NCBI RefSeq assembly: GCF_006345805.1
Contig: NW_021833450.1
Span: 1 to 64,000, forward strand
Direction: 5' to 3'
DNA length: 64,000 nucleotides
Source of the DNA: Octopus sinensis
Taxonomy: Eukaryota
The position numbers were made by a program, and so were the translations under genes. Below, piece by piece: positions 13,216 through 24,473 of the stretch. Below the pieces are notes generated by a model that did no database searches, had not been told where the DNA came from, and worked only from the letters and a program-made list of their open reading frames with translations. Position 1 is the first letter of the stretch. Every line of letters starts with the position of its first letter.

Positions 13216-13375
13216 TTTTCTTCGCTAAATATTTTTCATTACCGAAAGTAATTAATATAGTACTAAATTTTCATTAATCCGAAATAATAAAACACTTCAC
13301 TATAACCGCGTCTCCCCTCATGTTTACGAAAATGAAAAGAAGAAAAAAATTCATTTATCCATTTTCTCTTTTCAG

Positions 13376-13603
13376 GAAAATGCCCCTTGGATATTGTTAA
13401 CAGGGTTTATCTCCCTAGTAACAATGTTATTGGATACAATCATATTAATTATACGACGTGTTTATATCATTGTGAAACACACTCATATTGTCAGTCGACT
13501 GACTTCGAAGTCGGTAATCGAAGATGCTATTTGTCAAATAAAAAGCATTCTGATATTGTTTTGAAGCTTGGGACAGGCAACATTTACACTGAATTAAACA
13601 GAG
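13376..13603 (+). CDS. PAN gene A exon 3: PAN/Apple-like domain 2
   Basis: ttttctcttttcAG acceptor, G|GTAAGT donor, 228 nt, phase 1-1. Encodes GKCPLD...TTCLYHCETHSYCQSTDF...RCYLS. Confidence 0.88.
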
Positions 13604-13833
13604 GTAAGTGCAAAGCTCTTTCATGTTTTGTTGGACTTTTAGCCACAGTCTATTTGGACGATACTGAGGCTCCACCTTTAGCTGTTATGTTATCCCAATA
13701 ATTTCTTTTAACCTTTATTGAGTGGTTGAGTCCAAGTTTGGCTTTAAGTGATGTAAAAATACTGATGGATTAAGTAAGTACCAAACTACTGCTCATTCAT
13801 TCATTCATTCATTCATACATACATACAACATAC

Positions 13834-13872
<39 letters not shown>

Positions 13873-13957
13873 AACATATTGTATATATATTACATATATA
13901 CATAAATACATATATAATTACATACATACATACATATATATATACATATATATATAC

Positions 13958-13998
13958 ACTAGCATTATGACCCGGCAACGCCTGGTCATAGTGCTAGT
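13958..13998. mobile_element. Terminal hairpin of a Helitron/Helentron-like element (second copy 22955-22994)
   Basis: ACTAGCATTATGACC...GGTCATAGTGCTAGT: 15-bp stem with CTAG ends. Confidence 0.45.
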
Positions 13999-13999
13999 T

Positions 14000-16255
14000 T
14001 GGTATAAATTTGTGAAATTAAAAATTTGGGGTAATAAAATATACAATGACATATTAAAAAAGACGAATTAAAATTCCAGAGAAAAATACATAGAAGATAA
14101 ATAGACAAATTTACAAAAATGCATAAAAGTTCATCTACGGGCCGTTTCGGAGATGCACCAATTAATATGAAACATATCATATATTTAAAATTGACACTCC
14201 CCTCGTCAGGATGTATTTTACACACAACACATCGTTTCTTCATTACTCATAAAGGGCTACACAGAGGAGACAATACAAACATTGAGAACATGAAACATCA
14301 CAATTACATAAATATGGAAAATGGAATATGAAAATGATAAATGAAAAATGAAAGTGATGCTAACGGCCCCATCCGCTAGCATCACTTACCTGTCCTTTAT
14401 CCTGAATGTAATACACATCGTGCTCTATTTTCATCGCAAATCTCTTTTCCATTTCCGTTATTATCTCGTCATCTATTTCAAATCTAAACAATTTATAGTT
14501 TTTCTTTTTACATTTTTCCACGAATTCTTCTATACGTTCTTCCGAGATTACAGCGTACCTATCACTGTCCTTGTCACACCAGTGATAGTCTTTCAATATT
14601 TCTTTTACGTCGAAATACCTAGAAATTTGGGCCCAGGTTTTTTTGCGGTATCTTGTCTATTTGCTTCTTTTTTTTTGTTTTCTTGTTGGTGGGGAGCGGG
14701 TGGGTTCACTGTCTGCAGGAGAAGGGTGGGTCTCAGAGGGTGCGGGTTGTGTTGGGGTGGATTGGGGTTCAGCACTATTTATTTTTCTTCCTTCTTCTCT
14801 CCCTCCTTCTTCTGCCTTCTTCCCATTCTTTCTGTACCTCCTCCTCTTCCGTTGTGTCTTTCTTCGTTGATTTCTACTTATCCTCGTTGGCCACTACCTC
14901 TCTTTGAGGTTCCGCATCAATTTCCTTTGATGGGGGAGGGCAGTAGCTCTTATGTGACCTTTCAGGCCACACTTGTAGCAGCGTGGAGCTCTGCCCTCCA
15001 CCCACACTCTCATAATAACATTCCCATTCTGATATTCTCAGTCAATTGTTCCAATATTTCAGCCTCTGCTTGCACGTTAGTTCCAAAACTGCACCCTTCC
15101 AGCCTTCATCTTTCACTGTAGCATGGAAGATGTCAACTTCTTCCTCACATCCACTGATTACGGCTGCCACTATCCACTCTCCGTCAACATTAGGAGGTAT
15201 CCTCTCCGCCTTGATCCGAGTAGTTTTTCTACCCAGATATGAGGGCAGAAGGAACACCTTTTCTGTCTTCACTGTTCTCGTTGCCATTTTCCTCGCCACA
15301 CTTTCATTCTTCAATTGGACCACCACGGTACCGAAATTTATGCCTCTTGCCAAGAATATTATGTCTTCCGTTCTTTTTAATGCTTCTACTATTGTCTCGA
15401 TACTGACGACTTCTATTTTCTTTTTTTCATTGGCATAAACCCGGTACGTGATGGTCCTTCGTTCATGCTACTCACTTCGTTTTGGTGGCGGTGACAACTC
15501 CACTTCACCGCCGACCTTTTTAATAAATGCCTGGTAGCTTGGCAACTTGGCCAAGACTATTTCTCTTTCCTCCGTTCTTGTCGCTCCTGCGTATGTGTAG
15601 CCTAATTGCTTGTCCATTTTCTTTATCGCCTTTTCAAGTTCTTCTTCAGAAGTCGATAAATCTGACACACTTTCGAACATACTTCGTCTGGCCATCTCTC
15701 CATTAGGGAGGAGCAGCCCACTTCTTCCTTGTCTGTCTCAACACAGACAGACAAAAACCCCCAAAACCATGTAACAATAACGTTTAACGATAAAAATTAA
15801 CAATCAACAATAAAACAGCAACTCACAGGTTCAAATAAGAAGCACAATAACACACAACACATAGTACACGGAAACAAATGCACAATTACATACCTGCTAC
15901 ATGCGAAAGACCAGACATTACGTACTCCCCAAAATTCTCATAGATACTGAATGCTACTTTATAAGCATATAATTAAATCTAGCAGCTATAGTAAGTGGTA
16001 TGCGCACAGCTCCAACTGGACTAATTCACTTCTGCACTCAATTAAATTTTTCATATTTTAATTTCTCCCATTCATGCAAAGCCACATATTCGAGTTCAAT
16101 TCCTTCATACATCTTATATTAATTGCTATTTTTTCTTTTAATTGTTATATATTTTTAATAAAATATATATTTTTAATAAAATAAAATATATTTAATTACT
16201 ACTTACTATATTTACTATATTTAATTCAATTGTTATTATTACCTCTAACTTTTAT
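14000..16255 (-). mobile_element. Element with a decayed L1/Tx1-ORF1- or gag-like zinc-knuckle ORF and a 3' hammerhead; no RT seen
   Basis: ORF pieces 15695-14360, including VWVEGRAPRCYKCGLKGHIRA (CCHC-type knuckle) near 14950-15000. Confidence 0.6.
14132..14213 (-). ncRNA. Type I hammerhead ribozyme
   Basis: Minus strand: stem I CAUC/GAUG, core CUGACGA, long stem II closed by G-C, GAAA, stem III ACG-GCC-CGU, cleavage triplet GUA. Confidence 0.7.
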
Positions 16256-16509
16256 TGCAATTTTTATTTCTAAATTTCTTATGGAACGTCGAGTGGATCT
16301 TATGCGTACAATATATTTTTATATGATGTTTATATATTTTAGATATTACTACATATTAAAACGTCGGGCTTATGTCTGTTCTGTAGATATAAATGAATAT
16401 ATGAATATATGTATGTGTTTGATCTATCTGTGGATTTTGTAGTGCTCTTGGTTGCTGCTCGCATTGCCTCCCCTCGGATTAAAAAGTGTATACAGCTCAT
16501 TTGAACACT

Positions 16510-16810
16510 GCTATTCCAGTCTGTTATATATTTTGAGCGTTGTTGTCACTAACGATCTCAAGATATAACTTATATTTTGTAATATATATATATATATATA
16601 TATATATAACACCCATATACATACAAAGAGATATATGTTTTTGTTTCACTTTTAACACGTAATACTGAAATAGTGGAGAAGATATGATATTGCTGTGGGC
16701 TCGCTCTAGGCAAGAAGCAAGGCATGTGTAAAATTTGAATGAAATTGGTGGTGTAGTTCTCAAGTTTTAGGGAAACACACAGACAGACACACATTCTCAG
16801 TTTTTATATA
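16510..16810 (+). mobile_element. 3' part of a non-autonomous Helitron-like element
   Basis: AAATTTGAATGAAATTGG...(CAGA)n...CATTCTCAGTTTTTATATA resembles DINE-1/Lep1-type ends. Confidence 0.4.
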
Positions 16811-16850
<40 letters not shown>

Positions 16851-17606
16851 TAATAATAATAATAATAGGGAGGGAGTAAATCCAAACTTACAGGGAAAAA
16901 ATTAGATTAGGATTAAATCCAATTTTACAGTATAAATATATATATTTATATCAAATTAGAGATAAATATATTCGTAGTATTTATTTGATACTATATAACT
17001 ACGGATTGATTATTTCATTAAGTGTTTTATTATTTCATTTTAGTTTCTTAACTATACGATTTTTGAAAGTTATTAGTTCGCCAACGAGATGTATGGATCG
17101 TTAATTAGTTATAGCGTTCTTTTAAGATTGTTTGTTTGTTTACAATTATCTATTTCATCTATAATCTTTTAATATTTTTATAAGTAATAATGAATAATTA
17201 ATTTATTAAGTCTTTATTATACGTGAATACATATTTATTGATAGAGATAATTTTAGATCTTAATTCTTATATTTATATACATTTATATATTTTCATTGAT
17301 AATTTAGTTAGTATTCAATATTATATAATTATTTGACTTGAAATTATATTTAATAATATGAATAGTCATTTTTTTTTACAATATTTATGTAATTAGATAT
17401 TGACTATAACTGAGATTAGATTATTTGTGGGTTTCTTACCTTAAAAATTAATACTTAAAAATTAATATTTAACATTATAATCGATGTATGAATATAATCA
17501 ATCGTTAATGTTCTAGTTTGATAATAGAGTTTTTTATAAGAAAAATTATTATTTATTTATTTCTTTAAAAATATTGTTAAATGTTTGATTATTTATTAAA
17601 TATTAT

Positions 17607-17709
17607 AATTAACCTGAAGATTGACTATAACCATAATTCGAATTATTAATTGAATTTAAATTATTGTTATTCGAATTAGATTATGGGCAGGAAACGATCG
17701 TAGTGGTTT
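17607..17709 (+). ncRNA. Type I hammerhead-like ribozyme (weak stem I)
   Basis: CUGAAGA at 17614, ~70-nt hairpin stem II (CCAUAAU/AUUAUGG), GAAAC-GAUC-GUA with self-complementary stem III. Stem I is imperfect. Confidence 0.5.
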
Positions 17710-17988
17710 TACTCTTTATCTTATATTAAACTTTTAATTCGTTTTGATAGTTATATTTATTAAAAAAATAATAATAAAAATAAAAATAATATATATATAA
17801 ATTCATAAGTATAAATTAATAATTAAATATTTTTAAAATTTTAACTTTAAATTTAAATTTAAATAATTTAAATTTTGAATTTATATTTTGTATATTTGTA
17901 TTATATTAATTAATTTATTTCTATTATTGGTTTATGTTTCACTGTTGATTTGCCTAATAGTGGGTTTATCTCTAATTTATATAAAATA

Positions 17989-18035
<47 letters not shown>

Positions 18036-18089
18036 TATTATATTATTAGTGTGTGTGGTGTGTGTGTGTGTGTGTGTTGTGTGTGTGTA

Positions 18090-18872
18090 CAACGTGTCCC
18101 AAAAGTCACTATACACTTCTTTTTTTCTATTTCGTTTCAGGTATCATTCGGAGAGTCATGTGACCATCAACATTTAACACCTTAGGCTTTGCAGTTATTT
18201 AAGTGTATCATTCCCTTGCCCATGGCACACCATACCATCAGCTTCGAAGAGTCTCGTTCGTGTTCGAGAATTTCTGCTGGTTTTGATTTTCCCCAAATTC
18301 GACAATTGCGTTGGTTTACCCGATCAGAGAGATGAAAGATAGACTCATCGCTGAACCACACGTTTTCCAAGAACTGAGAGTCATTTTGGTAATTGTAGAG
18401 GAGTGATTGACACATTTCCACACCATGAACATCATGATCTTCCACTTGAAGTCTTTGAAGAACCCAATGTCGGTACGGATAGAGCTTTATCACTCTCTGA
18501 AGCATCTACTGAATCAAGCTTTTGTGATAGTAAGTTCCAGCGCAGTCCTTCGTGGTTGTCAAGAACAGATCCTCTTTCGAGAAACTTGCTACGGATAGCA
18601 TAATTGTGCTACGCGTTGGAGCTGTGTGACGGCCATGAACCCTGTCAAACTTGCGAGATGAAATGCAGTAGGGGGACTGAAAAACTTCCTGCCTGGCGGG
18701 AATTTTGAAACGTTGCTCTAACGTCAGACGGCGAGCCATGGGCAAGGGAATGATACACTTACAAAAACTGTAAGACCTAAGGTGTCAAATACTGATGGCC
18801 TCACGTCTCTCCAAATGATACCCGAAACGAAATAGAAAAAAGAAAGCGTATAGTGACTTTTGGGACACCCTG
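18090..18872 (-). mobile_element. Internally deleted Tc1/mariner (maT/DD37D-like) element with ~100-bp TIRs
   Basis: TIR ...GTGTCCCAAAAGTCACTATAC at both ends, TA flanks, and VWFSDESIFHLS...NCRIWG...VWCA motif. Confidence 0.85.
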
Positions 18873-18885
18873 TAAATATATATAT

Positions 18886-18941
<56 letters not shown>

Positions 18942-19065
18942 GTATATATATATATACTACATACATACATACATACATACATACATACATACATACATAC
19001 ATACATACATCAAAGACATGCATGTATACGTACGAACATTATGTATGTATGCATGTATGTATGTA

Positions 19066-21424
19066 CCGTATTTGCCGGCAGATTGGACGCGCTTTTCTTA
19101 TTTTTAAATGTATCAAATGCGTCTAATGTGGCCACATTACGGAAGGGAGGCCGAGCGCCGTAGGCTAGGGAGCAGGGACGAGCGTACTTGGAAGTTCTCT
19201 TGGCGCAAAAACTGTTGCTCTAATAGAATAATCAGAACAAGCCAAATCATTACAGTAAATTGTGTTACTAATAATAAAATGTTGAAACAAGCCGAATTAT
19301 CACAGTCTGTTATCACAAACTTACGAAAGATTGATTACGATACGCTGTCATCACCTCACTTACCTCGTTCCCCAACATCTGATATATAAATACATTATTT
19401 AAAGAACTAGGTTACATTTTATGAACATTTCTTCTTATCTAAATGAAAAATGCTCCTAGAAAGTTGAATGGAATGTTAAACTTTCATCCACCTGGCAGCC
19501 ATTTGCAATGATCAGACCTGATCATATGTCGGAGGCATCGCTTGTACAACAGCGCCTCTTCTTGTTGTGTTCCATTCTTGGTCATTCATTTGTGTTTGGT
19601 TCTTTAGTCTTTTTTCCCTTATTTTCCAATTTGTGGTCTGTCGCGGTAACACAAAGCATCACATCCAGAAATACGAGTTTCACATCCTGTATAGCATTTG
19701 CTGTTTCCCAAAATATAAACAACTATACAGCTGATCTGAGAGGAGGCAAGAGTTGGGGCAAGGTTCCCATAACGTATCGGTAAGTTGACTTACGATCAAT
19801 TTCGCACAGATTGCAACACATGGCTGAGAAACTAGATGTCGTAGCAAACGCAAAGGACCACGGTAATAGGGCAGCCTGCTCGGTATTTTGGTCTACCACC
19901 GACCGACAAAATGCTAAGACTTGGCGGAGGAAACAGGAAGAGTAGCTAAAAGCTGCTAAACGTATCAAACACTGCCTCCGTAGGGGATTCATAAAGTGGT
20001 CTGAACTAGAAGAAGAATTAAAAACATGAGGTTTAGACCAAAGAAGATCGAGCTTTTTCATCCCACTAAAATGGTTATGCACCGTTCAAGACTTATAGCA
20101 ATGGACTGAGATATCAACGATTTTAAAGGGTAAACATCACGGTTGTCCCATATTTATGGGGAGAAATAAAAATGTTCCCTGAATACGAAAATTAAATACA
20201 TAAGTTTCATAGGTACCACATCTGTGCAAGAAAACAAATTAATTTTGGACTTTCACACAGATAGTAAATATGGTCGAAGTCTTTGACATTTGATGTGCCA
20301 TCAAACAAGGCAGTAGAACCCAAGGGTGCTAAAACTCTGACTGTTAAAACATGTGGCCATGAAAAGACACGCTACACAGTTGTATCATCATACTGCGCTG
20401 ATGGCACAAAACTTTCATCTTTTTTAATTTTTAAAGGAAAGACATAGCCTAAAAAAAGGATATCCAATGGCATTTATGTTCTTGTCCACCCAAAAAGATC
20501 GGAAGGATGAGGGAGGAATGAAATCATGACTTGACAAAGAGTGGTCCAGGCGTCCTGGTGGACTATTAAAGAAACCCGCTTTATTAGTTTGAGACCAGTT
20601 TCGGGCTTATAGAACTGAGCTTGTTAAGAGGAAACTTGGAGAACTGAAGACTCAGTTAGCTATAATCCCAGCCTAACCTGCTATAATTCCGGGACGCCTA
20701 ACCAGCGGTAATTCCGGAAGGCCTAACCAGTCTTTAAATGTTTCACTCAATAAACCATCTAAAAGATTCCTTCGGGTGGGGTGGAGCAAGTGGACGCAGT
20801 CTTCAGATTTTGAAGTAACACGAACAGGAAGAAGGAAGAGGCATACTATATTGCACAGGTGTGTGATTGGGTAAAAAGTTCATGGAATGCTGTAAAAGAA
20901 GAGGATGCTGTGAAACCATTTAAAAAAAACTGGTATTAGTAATGCCCTTGATGGTATTATTTGAAGAATATATCGCTGATACAGACCCTTTTGCAGAGAA
21001 TTCTAGTGATGAAGAGAGTACCGGTAATATTGATGGCAGCAGTAAGAACGAGAAACTTTAACTATCAATAAGAATTTATCCCTTTTATTGCACTTCGCTG
21101 ATTGGTTTCTCCCAGTTTTTATCTGTATATTTGCTTTTTGTTTGCATAGACCAGGTTTCATTAATACCAACATTCTCTTTCGCTATGGCAAATTAATTTT
21201 GTTTCCTTTAAAGGTGAGTGTAAAGCTACATATGACTTCATATTTTATTCCTCTGTACTGTCACATTATTGTATTTCATGCGCAGAATCATACAATTGTC
21301 ACCACAAAACAACTTTCAATAAATCCATGATGAAACATACTAAAATTGTTTTTTCCGCAAAATATCCTTGTAAAATAAGGATGAGTCTTATGTGAGGGTG
21401 CATCCAATGCGCTGGCAAATATTA
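19066..21424 (+). mobile_element. Degraded pogo/Tigger-like DNA transposon
   Basis: LTFDVPSNKAVEPKGAKTLTVKTCGHEKTRYTVV...ADGTKL near 20280. Imperfect TIRs CCGTATTTGCCGGC / GCTGGCAAATATT. Confidence 0.82.
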
Positions 21425-22401
21425 CACACACACACACACACACATGGTATTAGTAATTAAATTTCATAGACGGACTTTATAAATATTTTAATGCAGCGCT
21501 ACGCGAGTTTCCACAAATCACGTATTTCTTGTGATCACAGTCCGTATTCCGGAGATGATTACGGTACAATCCGTGGATCATAGTTTCTGCGTTCTTACAT
21601 CATTTTTTTCCATTTCAGAACTTTTGAATAATTTCAGTCAGTCACATACATTGAAGGACATCAGCTCCGTAGGATGTGCTTTCGGCTCCTATTATTTCGT
21701 TAATAGTAAGACCATTTTTATTTAGTTGTTTATTTTTAGTGTTCTTTGATTCTGTGTCTTGTTCCTGATCTTTAATTCATCGATCTTCTGTCTCCAGTGC
21801 ACGCCGAACAAAACTGAAAATTTTAAATATCTCTTTCTTCCGCAACGCAAAAAATAAAGAAATTTATAAATATCGTTTTTTTTTCTTCATTTCATGATTA
21901 TTTCTACTTAGCGTCTTAATTTTTAGTTAAATAGATAATAAATAAATTAATAATTAATAGTCATGCAGAAAGATGTAGTAAAACTAACACACAAGTACAT
22001 TTAAAATCTGGCAGATGGGTTAATATTAATCCTCACTGTCATTAAACATCTCAACACGCTTCGTTACTAACTTGCTCAGAAATACCTTAATGCATCTCGC
22101 TGGTAATACGAGAACAACTTTACCTCCGAGATAACCAGCCACATGCCCCTTCTCATTCTCCCGTCATACATGCTATTTCACCAGCCAGATCCCTCATCAA
22201 TTATTATTCCCAATCCCCCCTTTCTAGATTATGCAACTCACTCCCCACTCACACTAACCTAAAGATTAATAACATCGATCTATCGAATCAATAGACCATA
22301 TCTATTCGTTTCTCTTGTACCTTGTCAATAAAGAGAAATAATTTAATTTGTGTTGTTATATTTCTTGTGTTTCCTCTTTCTATTTATTTTTTCTATTGTA
22401 G

Positions 22402-22590
22402 AAAAAGAAATTAATGATTTGACAGCTTATTCAACTTTTCCTTCAAACCAAATCCATATCTCAACCTTGTAATCGATGCCCAATGGATGCTCACTCGGTT
22501 CTGGATTGTTCACGTTTATGTATGATATCTTCTAAATGTATCGCCTTTTCATATACTAACACTAAGTGCGTGCTAAAGAAACTGATCTGA
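22402..22590 (+). pseudogene. PAN gene A exon 4 (PAN domain 3), frameshifted
   Basis: ctattgtAG acceptor. 189 nt vs 191 nt in the paralogue because of two 1-nt deletions, giving a premature TAA at 22470-22472. The homologous stop TGA is at 22588 and AATAAA at 22693. Confidence 0.8.
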
Positions 22591-23149
22591 ACTTTAATGG
22601 AATTATGACTTCTCAATGAAATGTGAGCACGACTTCAACGGATCACGTTTGCTGATAATAATTCTATCAGATAAAATGTGTATTTCTTTGTGAATAAAAT
22701 CAATTTAATTAAGATAATTCCTTTGTTAATTTATTTTTATTTCTCATGTTTTTCTTTCAAATTAGTCTTCTCTTATAAACCCATTCACACATTTGAAGGT
22801 TTATAAGATTATCGAATTTACTCTTGTACAAATGAAGCAATGGGTATTATTTTATCGACCTTCAAAGAATGGACAGAATTCGATCGCAAAACGTGACGGT
22901 TCTAAACTAAATACCACAAACAGTTAAAACGAATCTTTAACCCATTATCTAAATACTAGCATTATGACCCGTTGTTGCGGGTCATAGTGCTAGTGCATGT
23001 ATATATGTGTATATATACGTGTACATATTACATGTATATCTATATATATACATCAACGCATAAAATACAAAATACAAAGTTATATCTTGATATCGCTAGT
23101 GATAACAATACTCAAAATATATAACAGACTGGAATTGTTAGCCCGTCTC

Positions 23150-24240
23150 TTGTAAATTCGATCAATTGTATCTTGTCCTCCCTCTTGTATAGAAGTGTGG
23201 CTACAATCCCGCCTACTTCTACTTTTGGGGGGATATTTTAAATTTTATCCGGGACGTCCTACGTCCCAGATATAAAGGTAAAAATAAAATATTTCCACTT
23301 TGCAAGGTTCGAGTCGAGTACTCCCTTGCACGCTCCGTTGACTCGAATCTTGCTTCTATTGTGGTGAATTTACCGCCTCTAGTTAGATATATTTCATAGA
23401 CGCACCAAGACACTTTTCGATGGTGCTTTCCTCCAGGTGTTCAAATCTTTTTTTTCTTCTCTACATTGTATACTTTATAGACAATAGTCTTTTCTTTAAT
23501 TTAATTTTTTATTTCGTTTGGTGGTGTTATCCTAGATTCACCGTCTTTGTCGGTGATCAATCCGTATTTCTTCCATTTTAATTTCAATGAGTTCGCGCCC
23601 ACCGACGGCTGCAGCGAAATTCATTTTTGGACTTTCTTCTATCGAAGGCATTCTAACAAAAATGCTTCCGTGTAAACGGTGAAAATATTGTCAATTTCCC
23701 CAAACAGGGACACAATTCAATTTTTAAACAATAACCAAAGCTCCTTCTCCCAAAGGGGGAGGGTTACAGTTTACAATTATTTAACAAATGCAACACAACA
23801 ATGTTTCCTTTACGAGGAACCAACAAACGTAATAACAATAATTAAACAGTAATAATAATAACAACAAACGTTACGATGAATCAGAAAGCAGTAAGCAGTT
23901 GAAGCTTTAGTCCTTTATGTATAAGAAATAAACCAACAGCAGTACTCTGTAAAAGCGGCTGTTCGAGAAAACAGATATTACATACATCCAAACTTCATAT
24001 AGATACTTAATGCTAGCTAATTAGCAGATAATCTAATGTAATCTAATGTAAAAGCACAGCTCCATCTGGACTATTCCATTTCTGCACGCTAATTTTATTT
24101 TTAATTTATTCCTATTCATGTGAAACCAGTCATTGATGCAATTTTATACCAATTGCTATTTTTACTTTTGTATACTTTAGTTTGATTTTTAATTATTACT
24201 TACTACATATAATTTAATTGTTATTATTATTTTTATTGAT
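23150..24240 (-). mobile_element. Second, divergent copy of the ORF1-like element (5' part)
   Basis: TRTLQSGNILFLPLYLGRRTSRIK vs TRTVKTEKVFLLPSYLGRKTTRIK. Shares the upstream block GCACAGCTCCA-CTGGACT with the 16000 region. Confidence 0.6.
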
Positions 24241-24297
24241 AAAGTGAAAGTATCTGACATAAAATAGAGAAATGTTTTTGTTTCACTTTTAACACGT

Positions 24298-24473
24298 AAA
24301 CGGATTAAGTCGATTACATCGACCCCAGTGCGTGACTAGTACTCAATTTATCGAACCCGAAAGGATGAAAGGCAAAGTCGACCTCGGCGGAATTTGAACT
24401 CAGAACGTAACGGCAGACGAAATACCGCTATGCATTTCGCTCGGCGTGCTAACGATTCTGCCAGCTCGCCGCC
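24298..24473 (-). mobile_element. tRNA-derived SINE with CORE-like centre
   Basis: Reverse complement GGCGGCGAGCTGGCAGAATCGTTAGC...GAGTTCAAATTCCGCC...CTTTGCCTTTCATCCTTTCGGG; same family as 28061. Confidence 0.85.

Noticed and set aside
12174-13251. 280-347 aa Phe/Ser/Leu- or Arg/Glu-rich ORFs
   Set aside because: Stop-free artefacts of the (TTC)n tract.
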